A stretch of DNA of 41,015 nucleotides from Candidatus Aminicenantes bacterium (GTDB taxonomy: Bacteria; Acidobacteriota; Aminicenantia; Aminicenantales; UBA4085). A model generated the notes under the pieces. That model had not been told where the DNA came from, searched no databases, and saw only the letters and a list, made by a program, of their open reading frames with translations. This document shows, piece by piece, positions 26,796-35,228 of this stretch; the first letter of the stretch is position 1, and every line of letters begins with the position of its first letter. The stretch is from assembly GCA_026393905.1 (NCBI GenBank), contig JAPKZH010000500.1, positions 1-41,015 on the forward strand. The letters are read 5' to 3'. A program made the position numbers and the translations under genes.

Positions 26796-28145
26796 CTAGA
26801 CGGCAATGGCTTCGAACCTTAAGCTTCTAAGCTCGGCGGGCACAAAGATGCTCAGGGCTTGGCTCCGGATAATGGCCTCCCAGAATGCCCCTTCGGGCTC
26901 AAGCTGAAAATACAGGACTCCTTCCTTCTTGGGCAATCCGGCCGGCGGCACGGGGGCATACTTGAGGGGAAGCGCTTTGCGAAAGCTGATGAGCACGGCG
27001 TTGATCATATCCGGGGAGGCGACGCGAATGTTTGTGGGAATCTGATCGATCATATCTCGCTCGGGCATCTCGCCACCGACAACCAGGTAAAACAACGCTT
27101 TCTGGAAGAGACCCGGATCGGGGATGCGGCCCGTATACATGGATTCCCCGATTTTTTCCAAAGGCAAGGAGACATACTTGGCCACGAGGACAAGGTTGTC
27201 CAGGAGGATTCGGATCTCGGTGTCCAGGGCATTAAAACACCGAGAAAGATTCTCATGCTCGTAGACGGGAAGATTTCGAGGCTGTGTCCCCGCGGCCGGG
27301 GCGAAGGTTGCCAACTGTCCAGCCAAAGCCAGCAAGCACACGTAGAGCTCTTCAGGATGGCGTTTGGGCAGATGATAGAAGTGACTGACCAAGGGGATCG
27401 CAGAGTTGATAGCCTGAAGCGCCAAAAGCAGGTTTAAATCACTTGGCGAAATCTCTCTGCGACCGGCCGCCGGTCCCACGGAAGCAATGGAGGAGCCCTT
27501 GGCGATCAGCAGCTCGAGGAGTCGACGGGTGATCGTCACGAGGCGGTCCGAGGCTCCGAGAGCCGCGCACGTGGGAATAAACGTATCACTCGGAACGAAG
27601 CTTCCATCGACGGAGCGGACGACTTCTGCGATTTTCAGGACGCTGAGTTCCTGGAGAGAGGCATTCCCGAAGCGGATCTGGAAATTCTTTTGGGCGGCCG
27701 TGATTGTCCTCTCATCGATTCCGGTGTTGTCATCGGTCACCGAAATTTGAACGCCGACAAAACGAACGTCCTTGGGCTCTGTTTCTCGCTCCAGCCTGCA
27801 GTTAATCCCTCGATTCCTCTCGGCCGGAATCGTCAGATAGACGCTCAGCTCTCGGTCGGTGGGAGCAAACTGATCTTTGAAGTTTTGGGCGAGAGGCGCC
27901 GGGTCGTCTTCCGGGATGTTGAAGGCTAAGCCGTCCTGTGTCACGCCCCTGCACTGGAGCAGCCGGAATTGCCCGTTCAGAAGCGCCTCTCTGTCGATGG
28001 CCAAGTCCAGGACCCCCCAAGCGTGGGGAGCCACGGACTGCAGCCGGAAATCGAGCAGATAGGAATGGTAGCGATCCCACTGTTGGAAATGATGGGGATC
28101 CAACCTCAACCCTTCGTGCCAGACAACCTTTTGATGGCTCGACAT
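26796..28145 (-). CDS. tssK: T6SS baseplate protein TssK
   Basis: The N-terminus MSSHQKVVWHEGLRLDPHHFQQWDRY is the canonical TssK signature. I prefer ATG 28145 (GGAG upstream) to GTG 28157. Stop is TAG. Confidence 0.9.
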   Translation of the reverse strand: MSSHQKVVWHEGLRLDPHHFQQWDRYHSYLLDFRLQSVAPHAWGVLDLAIDREALLNGQFRLLQCRGVTQDGLAFNIPEDDPAPLAQNFKDQFAPTDRELSVYLTIPAERNRGINCRLERETEPKDVRFVGVQISVTDDNTGIDERTITAAQKNFQIRFGNASLQELSVLKIAEVVRSVDGSFVPSDTFIPTCAALGASDRLVTITRRLLELLIAKGSSIASVGPAAGRREISPSDLNLLLALQAINSAIPLVSHFYHLPKRHPEELYVCLLALAGQLATFAPAAGTQPRNLPVYEHENLSRCFNALDTEIRILLDNLVLVAKYVSLPLEKIGESMYTGRIPDPGLFQKALFYLVVGGEMPERDMIDQIPTNIRVASPDMINAVLISFRKALPLKYAPVPPAGLPKKEGVLYFQLEPEGAFWEAIIRSQALSIFVPAELRSLRFEAIAV

Positions 28146-28183
28146 GGGATTTTTCACTCCTTCCCTTTTGGTCTCATCCGTTT

Positions 28184-28657
28184 TTACTTCTTTTTATCGA
28201 TCTCGACTCTGTTCCCGACCACCCTGAGATAGATTTCTTTGGGTTTTTTTTCGATCAGCGAATAGACCAGCCGCCACCCCTGAGCATCCGCTCTACGAAA
28301 ATCAACAGCGACTCCAATATAATTTGTTTCCTTGGAAACCTGGAGTGGAAACCATTCCGTTTTGAGCGGACTCAGCATGATTTCGGTCTTTCCCTTGACG
28401 AGATCGCTCCCGAACGCTTTCTCTCCCTCCTTCCAAAAGCTCGCCAAAGGAACTCCCATGAAATTCGTGGAACTTTTCAGTTCGTAAAGACAAACGAGGG
28501 CCGGACGTCCATCATTCATTTTCTCCGTCCCGAGGAGAGAGACCCAAACTGGTCCGGAGGCCAGACAGCCGGACATCAAGGAAAGCATGATGACAGAGAG
28601 GCCGAGAAAGACGCTCAAAAACATTGACCGGTTCGCCCATTTCGTCATATTCATCAT
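28184..28657 (-). CDS. tssJ: T6SS outer-membrane lipoprotein TssJ
   Basis: I truncated the start to ATG 28657 (MMNMTKWANRSMF...). The longer TTG-initiated ORF (to 28849) overlaps tagH by 146 nt. Lipoprotein-type signal ...VIMLSLMSGC. The ~157-aa size and the position between tagH and tssK mirror the P. aeruginosa H1-T6SS. Confidence 0.75.
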   Translation of the reverse strand: MMNMTKWANRSMFLSVFLGLSVIMLSLMSGCLASGPVWVSLLGTEKMNDGRPALVCLYELKSSTNFMGVPLASFWKEGEKAFGSDLVKGKTEIMLSPLKTEWFPLQVSKETNYIGVAVDFRRADAQGWRLVYSLIEKKPKEIYLRVVGNRVEIDKKK

Positions 28658-28703
28658 AAACCTCAGATTTGAAAACTCCAGAAACTTCAGCCGGGGCCGC
28701 CTT

Positions 28704-29903
28704 TTAATCAGAAGACGGATTTCTCCCCGGGATTTTATTGATACTTTTTTCGTAGCCCGATTTATAGGGTTTATGAAAATAGTCCCGTTCAATTTTCGCC
28801 GGATCCTCCTGGATGAGCTCCTGGTGAATGCGCGAAAATTCTTTGACAACCTGGAGAGTGGCCAAGAGCGGGATCAGGCTGTACCGGAGGCGGAAGGGAC
28901 CCAACTTCAGCGTCTTCTCCTCGAATTTTTGCCGGAATTTTTGCGGATTCATTTTTTGAAGGAGTCGCTGTGTGCCTTCGGTCACGCCTGCCTTATAACC
29001 GGCCAAGAGAGAGATCTGATGCATCATCAGCTTCTCGGCATTGGCCTGGACGCAATTAATTCTTTTCTGAGCTTCCGGCAAAGAAATCTCCGGATCAAAA
29101 AGATACTCCTTAAGCTCATTGGCCGTACACTTACCGAATGAGAACGATTTGGCTGGTTTTGACGACTTGGACTTGGGGGGGACGATAATGCTCGTCATCG
29201 TTTTATCCAGGAAAAATATCTCGAACTCATCGAGGGCTTGGATCATCTTGACAAAAAAATCCAGGAGAACAGCGATCGCCCTCTCGACGCGGTCATAGTT
29301 GGACGAGATATCCAACCCCCGGTCTTTTTGTGGAGGAGCGGGGAAAGAGGCCGGGGGTCCTGTTTTCGATTGGAGGACTTGGCTCAGGATCTCGGCCGCT
29401 TTGTTCAAGGTGGCTCTCTCGAGAGAATGGCTCAGCGCTCCCTGGAGAGCCTCCTCTTTTAGGGAAGATTCTTCTCGCTCGAATCTCTGACAGATCTGAT
29501 CGAGAGCCGCCATCAATTTCTGAGATTCCTCGGCGAAGGGAGGGGAATGTTCTGGTTCCGGAATGAAGTCCGCCTCAGGTTTGACCTCCAATTGTTCCGC
29601 GGAAAATTCGATGACGAACTCGCAAATATGGATCAGATCCCCGTTGTGGAGAGCGTGCTCGACCATGGGGTTGAGCTTTTTATCGTTGAGGAGAGTTCCA
29701 TTGCGGCTCTCGAGATCCATGATGACGTAGGAATCGCCGTGACGAACGAGCTTGGTATGCTGTCGGCTAACACCGCTGCTCGTGCCCTCCAACTGCAGCT
29801 CATTCTTAGGATCTCGACCGATCAGGATGATATCTTTATCCATCTCAAAGACGTGCTCCCAGCAGGGCGGGGTATCTTTCAGGACTTTTAACCGGACTCG
29901 CAT
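28704..29903 (-). CDS. tagH: FHA-domain T6SS scaffold/regulator (TagH/Fha)
   Basis: 399 aa with an N-terminal FHA domain (ILIGRDPKNELQLEGTSSGVSRQHTKLVRHGDSYVIMDLESRNGTLLNDKKL). It is the first gene of the co-directional T6SS string. Confidence 0.85.
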   Translation of the reverse strand: MRVRLKVLKDTPPCWEHVFEMDKDIILIGRDPKNELQLEGTSSGVSRQHTKLVRHGDSYVIMDLESRNGTLLNDKKLNPMVEHALHNGDLIHICEFVIEFSAEQLEVKPEADFIPEPEHSPPFAEESQKLMAALDQICQRFEREESSLKEEALQGALSHSLERATLNKAAEILSQVLQSKTGPPASFPAPPQKDRGLDISSNYDRVERAIAVLLDFFVKMIQALDEFEIFFLDKTMTSIIVPPKSKSSKPAKSFSFGKCTANELKEYLFDPEISLPEAQKRINCVQANAEKLMMHQISLLAGYKAGVTEGTQRLLQKMNPQKFRQKFEEKTLKLGPFRLRYSLIPLLATLQVVKEFSRIHQELIQEDPAKIERDYFHKPYKSGYEKSINKIPGRNPSSD

Positions 29904-30022
29904 GACAAAAAAAGTAGGCTACCGCCCTTCGCTTTATCAGGACGCAGAGATCGACACCTTCTTTCTGGCTAGCTATCCCTGCCCCGAAGTAATTTGAACT
30001 CCTCCACCTTTATCTATATAAA

Positions 30023-30051
30023 AATCTATTGAAAAGAAAGCAAAAAGTCAA
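30023..30051 (-). promoter_or_regulatory. candidate sigma70-type promoter upstream of tagH and the T6SS operon
   Basis: On the minus strand, TTGACT (30051-30046), a 17-nt spacer, then TAGATT (30028-30023). It sits in an AT-rich patch of the 322-bp intergenic region, about 120 nt upstream of the tagH ATG. Sequence match only. Confidence 0.3.
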
Positions 30052-30225
30052 TCGTTATTCGTCTTAGCTCAAATCTCGTGCAGAAAAACGGCCGACGTTC
30101 CCGGAAGTCTCTGGCCCTCGAAAAAATATCTCGGTCGAGGGGCCGGCCGCGCCGAATATCATGAGAAGCGATAAAACACCGCCTCCCCGAGATCCTCCAA
30201 ATCGGGCGAATGCCGAGTCTTTCCC

Positions 30226-32688
30226 TTATTTAAACCTTTGAACCCTGTTGCCTTCGAAGCTGGTGATGAGCAGGCGTCCAAAGCTGTCAAAACAGATGTC
30301 CGCGGGGACCTTAAATTGATCATAGCCGTCCCCATAGCTTCCCTTTCGGCACAACAATACGCCCTCTGGCGTGTATTTCAGGAAGCTGTGATTTTCGACA
30401 TCCGTGACATAGACAAAGCCCGACTTATCAACGGCGACGCCGATCGGACGCCCTGCCACACTGAAGCTTCGATAAAATGCCCCGTCCAAGCTGTAGACGA
30501 GAATTCGTTTATCGGCGTAATCAGCAACGTAGAGACTATTTCGGCCGCTATCGCAGGCGATTCCAAGGGGATCCGCTGAAACAGACCAGCTCTGGATCCA
30601 AGTTAAAGCCGGCGAGAATTTTTGAACGCGCTTATTGTTTCTATCTGTGACATAGATATTGCCATAAATATCAATGGCGATTCCATGCGGCGAATCGAAC
30701 TGTCCATCGCTGCTTCCGAGTCCTCCTATTGTCGCGATCAGATTCCCGTTCGTATCGAATTTCCTAATCCGGTGGTTTCCACTATCCACAACATAAACAA
30801 AACCGCCCATCGTGTCGGCCACGATGCCCCTGGGCTGATTAAGGCCACCCCCGTAGGGTGCTATTATCGGAGAAAATGGTCCTGAGGCCGGGATGAATTT
30901 TTGCACCCTGCTAAGGTCTCCTTCCACGACATGAGCATTGCCGGCATGATCAATTGTTATCCCGATCGGCGCCATAAGCCCGGTTATAACGGCATCGACA
31001 TCGTAGGTCAATTTGGTGATGATGAACGCCGGACTCTCTCCTTTCACGTTCGCGTCGGAAAGATGGGTGATCCTGATCCGGTAATCCGTTCTATCCTCAA
31101 GATCCGGGGAAATCGTCCAGGTGAACGATCCGCTATTCGCGGTATTGTCCACGATCGGAAAATAGGGAGTTGTCCCTTTTAGGAGATCAATCCTGACACT
31201 TCCGGAGACCGTGCTCGTCCATTTGATATCCTTCGTTTCTCCTTTCCCCCAAAAGGTGGTTGACGTCGGCTGGGTGACAACGAGATTGGCGGCCGTGATC
31301 GCGAAGTTGCCGCTTTCGCCATAAATTTTCAGATCCGAAGCGCAGGAAATTCTGATCTTATAATCGGTCCTGTCGGCCGTCGTCGTCGGGACTGTCCAAT
31401 TCTGACTTCCATCATTATCCGTGGAGGATTCGATCGTTTCGACGACATCGGCTCCCTTGTAGAGCTCGATCTTGACTTTCGAGATATCAAGAAGATTGGC
31501 TTTTTGAGCGACACCCGTTCTGCCGGAGCCTTGGCCTGTCTGGGTCGCTTCTGAAGCCGGAGATGACGGGGAACCTTTTCTCTCATAGAGGCTCTGAGCT
31601 CTGATATCTTGAGACCTTAAAGAAAGGTCTGGACGGCCGTTGTCCTTGCCGACTGAGGATGACACGGGATTTTCGCCCTCTCGTTCAGAGCTGATGAACC
31701 CTTTTTTTAAAGCGAGGGCGGAGCCGGATCCTGAGCCTTCAGAATCCATCCTGCTTTTTCCGCTTTCTCTCTGAAAAGCGGAGCGCGTTTGAAAGGCACT
31801 CATCCTTCTGAGGTAAGAAGATTCGTTGGCGAAGTCACTGAATTGGCTTGTCCTTTGGAGGAATCTCAGGCTGGAGCTTGTTCCTGTCTCCCATTTGATT
31901 TCGATGATTTGACCTTTGACCCAAGTGGAGCCGGCAGCAGGCTTCGTCACCCGAATCGGAATGGCGGGCAGAGTGATGTTGAGCGTCGCCGTATTTCCCC
32001 GTTTAACGGAAACCTTTTGTTCATAATCCGTGTATCCATCTTTGACGAGCTTGATCATATGATCGCCCGGAGAGATTTCGGCCAAGGTGCAATTGGTCTT
32101 CCAGCCGGTGTCTGCACCATCGAGGAAGACTTGAGCTGCGGTCGGGGTCGAGCTGACCTGGATATCTCCGGTATCCTCCCTAATAAATAGAAAATAAGCG
32201 GCGGCGCCAACGGCAACGACGACCGCTCCAACCAAAGCAATGCGGCCGATTTTGATGCCGCCCCCTGGTCTTGCTTCACGGGTCGCCACAGTGGGAACCT
32301 CGCCCTGGGCTTGTTTGAACAATGCAACATAATCCGGAGCATACTTGGTCCCATCGATCGTCTTCTTTGGCTCGACCTGGATTGTTTTATTGATAAACTG
32401 TTTTGTGTTCTCTGTATCACCCAACTGGAAATAGCACAGAGAAAGGTAGAAATAGGCCTCGGATAATAAGCGCTTGTTCGGCTTCAGCCCTTCCACCTGA
32501 TTCAGTGTCGTGATAGCTTTTTCGTATTGTCCGCTATTATAAAGATCAATGCCTTCCTTGATCAGCTCATCAGGCTTCTGCTGGGCGCCTGTGAGCGTTT
32601 CGGAAAATGAGGTGTTGGCGAGAAAAAGGAAAAACGCCAAAATGGCCAAATAGGCCGCTTTCTTCGACGCATGATTGGAAATAAACAT
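30226..32688 (-). CDS. multidomain envelope protein: signal-like N-terminus, TPR, TM helix, PEGA domain, two beta-sandwich domains, C-terminal NHL-repeat beta-propeller
   Basis: 820 aa starting at ATG with an AAGGAGGGAGG SD. TPR-like segments (SGQYEKAITTLNQV, AYFYLSLCYFQLGDTENTKQF). TM helix IALVGAVVVAVGAAAYFLFI. PEGA-like segment IQVSSTPTAAQVFLDGADTGWKTNCTLAEISPGDHMIKLVKDGYTDY. NHL repeats (PRGIVADTMGGFVYVVDSGNHRIRKFDTNGN, PHGIAIDIYGNIYVTDRNNKRVQKF and others). Confidence 0.85.
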   Translation of the reverse strand: MFISNHASKKAAYLAILAFFLFLANTSFSETLTGAQQKPDELIKEGIDLYNSGQYEKAITTLNQVEGLKPNKRLLSEAYFYLSLCYFQLGDTENTKQFINKTIQVEPKKTIDGTKYAPDYVALFKQAQGEVPTVATREARPGGGIKIGRIALVGAVVVAVGAAAYFLFIREDTGDIQVSSTPTAAQVFLDGADTGWKTNCTLAEISPGDHMIKLVKDGYTDYEQKVSVKRGNTATLNITLPAIPIRVTKPAAGSTWVKGQIIEIKWETGTSSSLRFLQRTSQFSDFANESSYLRRMSAFQTRSAFQRESGKSRMDSEGSGSGSALALKKGFISSEREGENPVSSSVGKDNGRPDLSLRSQDIRAQSLYERKGSPSSPASEATQTGQGSGRTGVAQKANLLDISKVKIELYKGADVVETIESSTDNDGSQNWTVPTTTADRTDYKIRISCASDLKIYGESGNFAITAANLVVTQPTSTTFWGKGETKDIKWTSTVSGSVRIDLLKGTTPYFPIVDNTANSGSFTWTISPDLEDRTDYRIRITHLSDANVKGESPAFIITKLTYDVDAVITGLMAPIGITIDHAGNAHVVEGDLSRVQKFIPASGPFSPIIAPYGGGLNQPRGIVADTMGGFVYVVDSGNHRIRKFDTNGNLIATIGGLGSSDGQFDSPHGIAIDIYGNIYVTDRNNKRVQKFSPALTWIQSWSVSADPLGIACDSGRNSLYVADYADKRILVYSLDGAFYRSFSVAGRPIGVAVDKSGFVYVTDVENHSFLKYTPEGVLLCRKGSYGDGYDQFKVPADICFDSFGRLLITSFEGNRVQRFK

Positions 32689-32728
32689 TGCGTTCCTCCC
32701 TCCTTAAAAGTCGTTCTTATTTGGAAAA

Positions 32729-32758
32729 ATTCTATTTCAACTCAAACCTCTTTGTCAA
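32729..32758 (-). promoter_or_regulatory. candidate sigma70 promoter of the 820-aa gene
   Basis: On the minus strand, TTGACA (32758-32753), an 18-nt spacer, then TAGAAT (32734-32729). This leaves a leader of about 35 nt before the strong SD and ATG 32688. Confidence 0.45.
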
Positions 32759-32934
32759 GCCCCCTGCGATAGAGAGCGATTTGGCTGCCGTTCCTCTTCT
32801 CCTCGACCTATCGGCGTTCGAGTTCCCGGATGAATCCCGCTTTCGCCTCTTCCTGGAGACGAGCTCGCCTCTGGGGATCGTCAATGAACTCTTCGTTCGA
32901 CCTAAGGCTCCCTGGTAAGAACGACTTTGGTGTA

Positions 32935-33387
32935 TTATTTCTTTACAACAAATTTTTGGACACCCGCAAGAGCATCGTTGATAAAGACACACACGGTCCA
33001 ATCCCCTTCTTCCTTCTCGAGCGAACTCGGCCTTAGAGGATCGGAAGCCGTCACAACATCTAAATATTTTTCGTCGGCGTTAATAACGATGTTTCCTGCA
33101 TCCCTGGCCAAGACTCGGTCGGGCGCGTACCATTTCCATCTCAGCTGAATCTTCCCTAGAACATTTCTCAGCCGGATCAAACAGACGACACGATCAATGG
33201 GGCTGAAGACAGTCGACGTTTCGACTGGACTGAGCAGATCGCCTCTGATTTCGATCTTTTTCGAGAGCTCTATCGATTCTAGATAGTTTTCAGGCAAAGA
33301 AAGCGGCGGAATCTTGAAAGAGAGGCAGGCTGAGACGAAGACAGAACAAGCGAAGAGAACGAGCCAGAAGCAGCATTTTTGTCTCAT
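32935..33387 (-). CDS. small putative lipoprotein, function unknown
   Basis: 150 aa with signal plus lipobox-like CFWLVLFACSVFVSAC. Its ATG overlaps the stop of the upstream barrel-like gene (ATGA). Confidence 0.6.
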   Translation of the reverse strand: MRQKCCFWLVLFACSVFVSACLSFKIPPLSLPENYLESIELSKKIEIRGDLLSPVETSTVFSPIDRVVCLIRLRNVLGKIQLRWKWYAPDRVLARDAGNIVINADEKYLDVVTASDPLRPSSLEKEEGDWTVCVFINDALAGVQKFVVKK

Positions 33388-35228
33388 CGGGGCACGAGCT
33401 CCACCAAGAATTGCCTGGACAGGCTTCTCCAGATAAACCGGAGCTGGAAGCGCCCCGCCTCCCGGATCAGATAGAGATCAATATTTTCCAGCTTCTTGAG
33501 CAGAAAATCATAATTCGCCAAGGAATGAAGCCTCCAGTTTTTGAACACGCCAAGGGATATGTCAGCCAAAGAATAACGCCACACGTTATTCTTCGGATCA
33601 AAAGAAAATGAAATCCATCCATTGAGGTTCTCGGCCAAAGATAATCTGAGCATAAGGCTGAGGTCCTGGCTGCTCGTTCCTTCGATCAGCCAGTTCATGG
33701 TCTTCCGCCTGGACTGAATGCTGTAGACGGCCTGAAGGGAAAGTCCCCTCCACAGATCTTGTGAGGCCCGAACGATCGCTCCGCCCGAGGTAAAATTTCG
33801 GCCCTCTTTCTCGAGAAACTGCTCTAGCGCCAAGTTGAAATTCAGATGGAAAGAATCCCAAACAGCCATGGGTTGCGTGTTGAGATAAAAGACGGTATTG
33901 TTGCTGTAGCTCTTTTGGGAAAGCTTGTCTCTTTTGAAATTATTATAAATAAAGATATTATAAAAATTTGCGAAAAGATGGCCGCCGTAAAAACTTATGG
34001 GATTCATTCCGACCTTGAGCTGAGGCTGGGACAGGAGTTGGCTTCCGAAAAGGTCATAATTCAGATAGTAATCCGTGGCCAGGTTGAAGAGATCCGTTCG
34101 ATAGGAGACGGACATATCCCCCGTCAGGATCCCTGTGTAAATATTTTCCCAGCTACTCTTAATCCTGGAGTAAGAGGCCGTGGTGAGGAACTCGAGATTT
34201 TTGAGGAACCGGGCTCCATAGGAGATCCTCGTCAAGATCTGGTTCTGAATTTCATAGCGGCCCTGAAAAGAGAGGTTTCCATATTTGCCGGCGTTAAAAA
34301 AAGATTGTAAGCCGAACCAAGCCTCCCCTTTAAGGTTGATCTGCTTGTTGTAAGAAAAGTCCAATTGCGTCTTGAAGTCCTGTTTCCAGCTCTGGCTCAA
34401 TAAGAACTGCGAATTCCAGAGCCCGCTTGAATTGTAATTGCCCGTCAGTCCCATGCGGAGTTTCTTGCTTGCGTCAAGGGTGGTCGAGGTCATGAAATCG
34501 AATTGCCGCTCCAAGCCCCGATAGTTCTTCAACAACGAACGTTCCTCATAGCTCAGCTGGTTGAGGCTGTGCATCTTATCCTTTTTCTCAAAGAAATAGC
34601 TTCCTTTGACCATGAGCCCCTGGGAGTTCGTGTACCAGATCTTGTCCAAAGAGAATCCGCCGGAGCGTTGTTTGATCCCTTCAGACATTTTGATCTTCTT
34701 AAACTTCAAGGATTCGACACCTTCCAGATAGAGGATCATCCCGTAGCCGAAAACCTCCGAGTTGGCCGTGATTTCAACCTGCCGACCTGCGAAATAAATC
34801 AGGGATTTCCTGATCTTTTCCAGCTCAATATCCTCCAAGACTCCACGGCCCGGGAGACCATCCTCCTTTTTTTCGTCTCCGATCCCGATCATTTCAATTT
34901 TTTTATCGTAGCGAACAAGGATTCCCCGACCTGTCTTAAGATCGAAATAGAATTCATCTCCAGAGTGCAGAGAGCCGTCTTTTTTTAAGGATAAATCCCC
35001 CCGGGCACAACAGGTGAGGGATTTGAGGTCGGCCTTGATGTGCAGGCTCTTGCCGGAAATGGAGGCGCAGACAAATTCGACGCCCTCGCCGACAAGCTGA
35101 TTGTGATCATAGCTGTAGGCGATGTATCGCCCCTTAAGCTGGAGAAGAATTTTTTCTGCGGATATGGAGAGGCAGGGATGAAAGACAAGGATCAGGAAAG
35201 CGCCATAGAGCCCTCTCCGGGATATCAC
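33384..35228 (-). CDS. putative outer-membrane beta-barrel protein with an OstA/LptD-like appearance (unverified)
   Basis: 614 aa starting at GTG, which overlaps the upstream stop (GTGA). Signal peptide LYGAFLILVFHPCLSISA. A long C-terminal region is rich in alternating aromatic, Asn, Ser and Gly strands (LDFSYNKQINLKGEAWFGLQSFFNAGKYGNLSFQGRYEI...). Confidence 0.5.
   Translation of the reverse strand: MISRRGLYGAFLILVFHPCLSISAEKILLQLKGRYIAYSYDHNQLVGEGVEFVCASISGKSLHIKADLKSLTCCARGDLSLKKDGSLHSGDEFYFDLKTGRGILVRYDKKIEMIGIGDEKKEDGLPGRGVLEDIELEKIRKSLIYFAGRQVEITANSEVFGYGMILYLEGVESLKFKKIKMSEGIKQRSGGFSLDKIWYTNSQGLMVKGSYFFEKKDKMHSLNQLSYEERSLLKNYRGLERQFDFMTSTTLDASKKLRMGLTGNYNSSGLWNSQFLLSQSWKQDFKTQLDFSYNKQINLKGEAWFGLQSFFNAGKYGNLSFQGRYEIQNQILTRISYGARFLKNLEFLTTASYSRIKSSWENIYTGILTGDMSVSYRTDLFNLATDYYLNYDLFGSQLLSQPQLKVGMNPISFYGGHLFANFYNIFIYNNFKRDKLSQKSYSNNTVFYLNTQPMAVWDSFHLNFNLALEQFLEKEGRNFTSGGAIVRASQDLWRGLSLQAVYSIQSRRKTMNWLIEGTSSQDLSLMLRLSLAENLNGWISFSFDPKNNVWRYSLADISLGVFKNWRLHSLANYDFLLKKLENIDLYLIREAGRFQLRFIWRSLSRQFLVELVPR

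Noticed and set aside
28658-28849. N-terminal extension of the tssJ ORF, which the track starts at a TTG at 28849.
   Set aside because: It overlaps the 3' end of tagH by 146 nt and encodes a basic non-signal sequence. The internal ATG at 28657 gives a proper lipoprotein signal peptide.
30100-30165. Hairpins downstream of the 820-aa gene (CCCTCGA...TCGAGGG and CCCGA...TCGGG), considered as intrinsic terminators.
   Set aside because: The stems are short (5-7 bp), the loops are about 11 nt, and no U-tract follows immediately. The evidence is insufficient for a terminator call.
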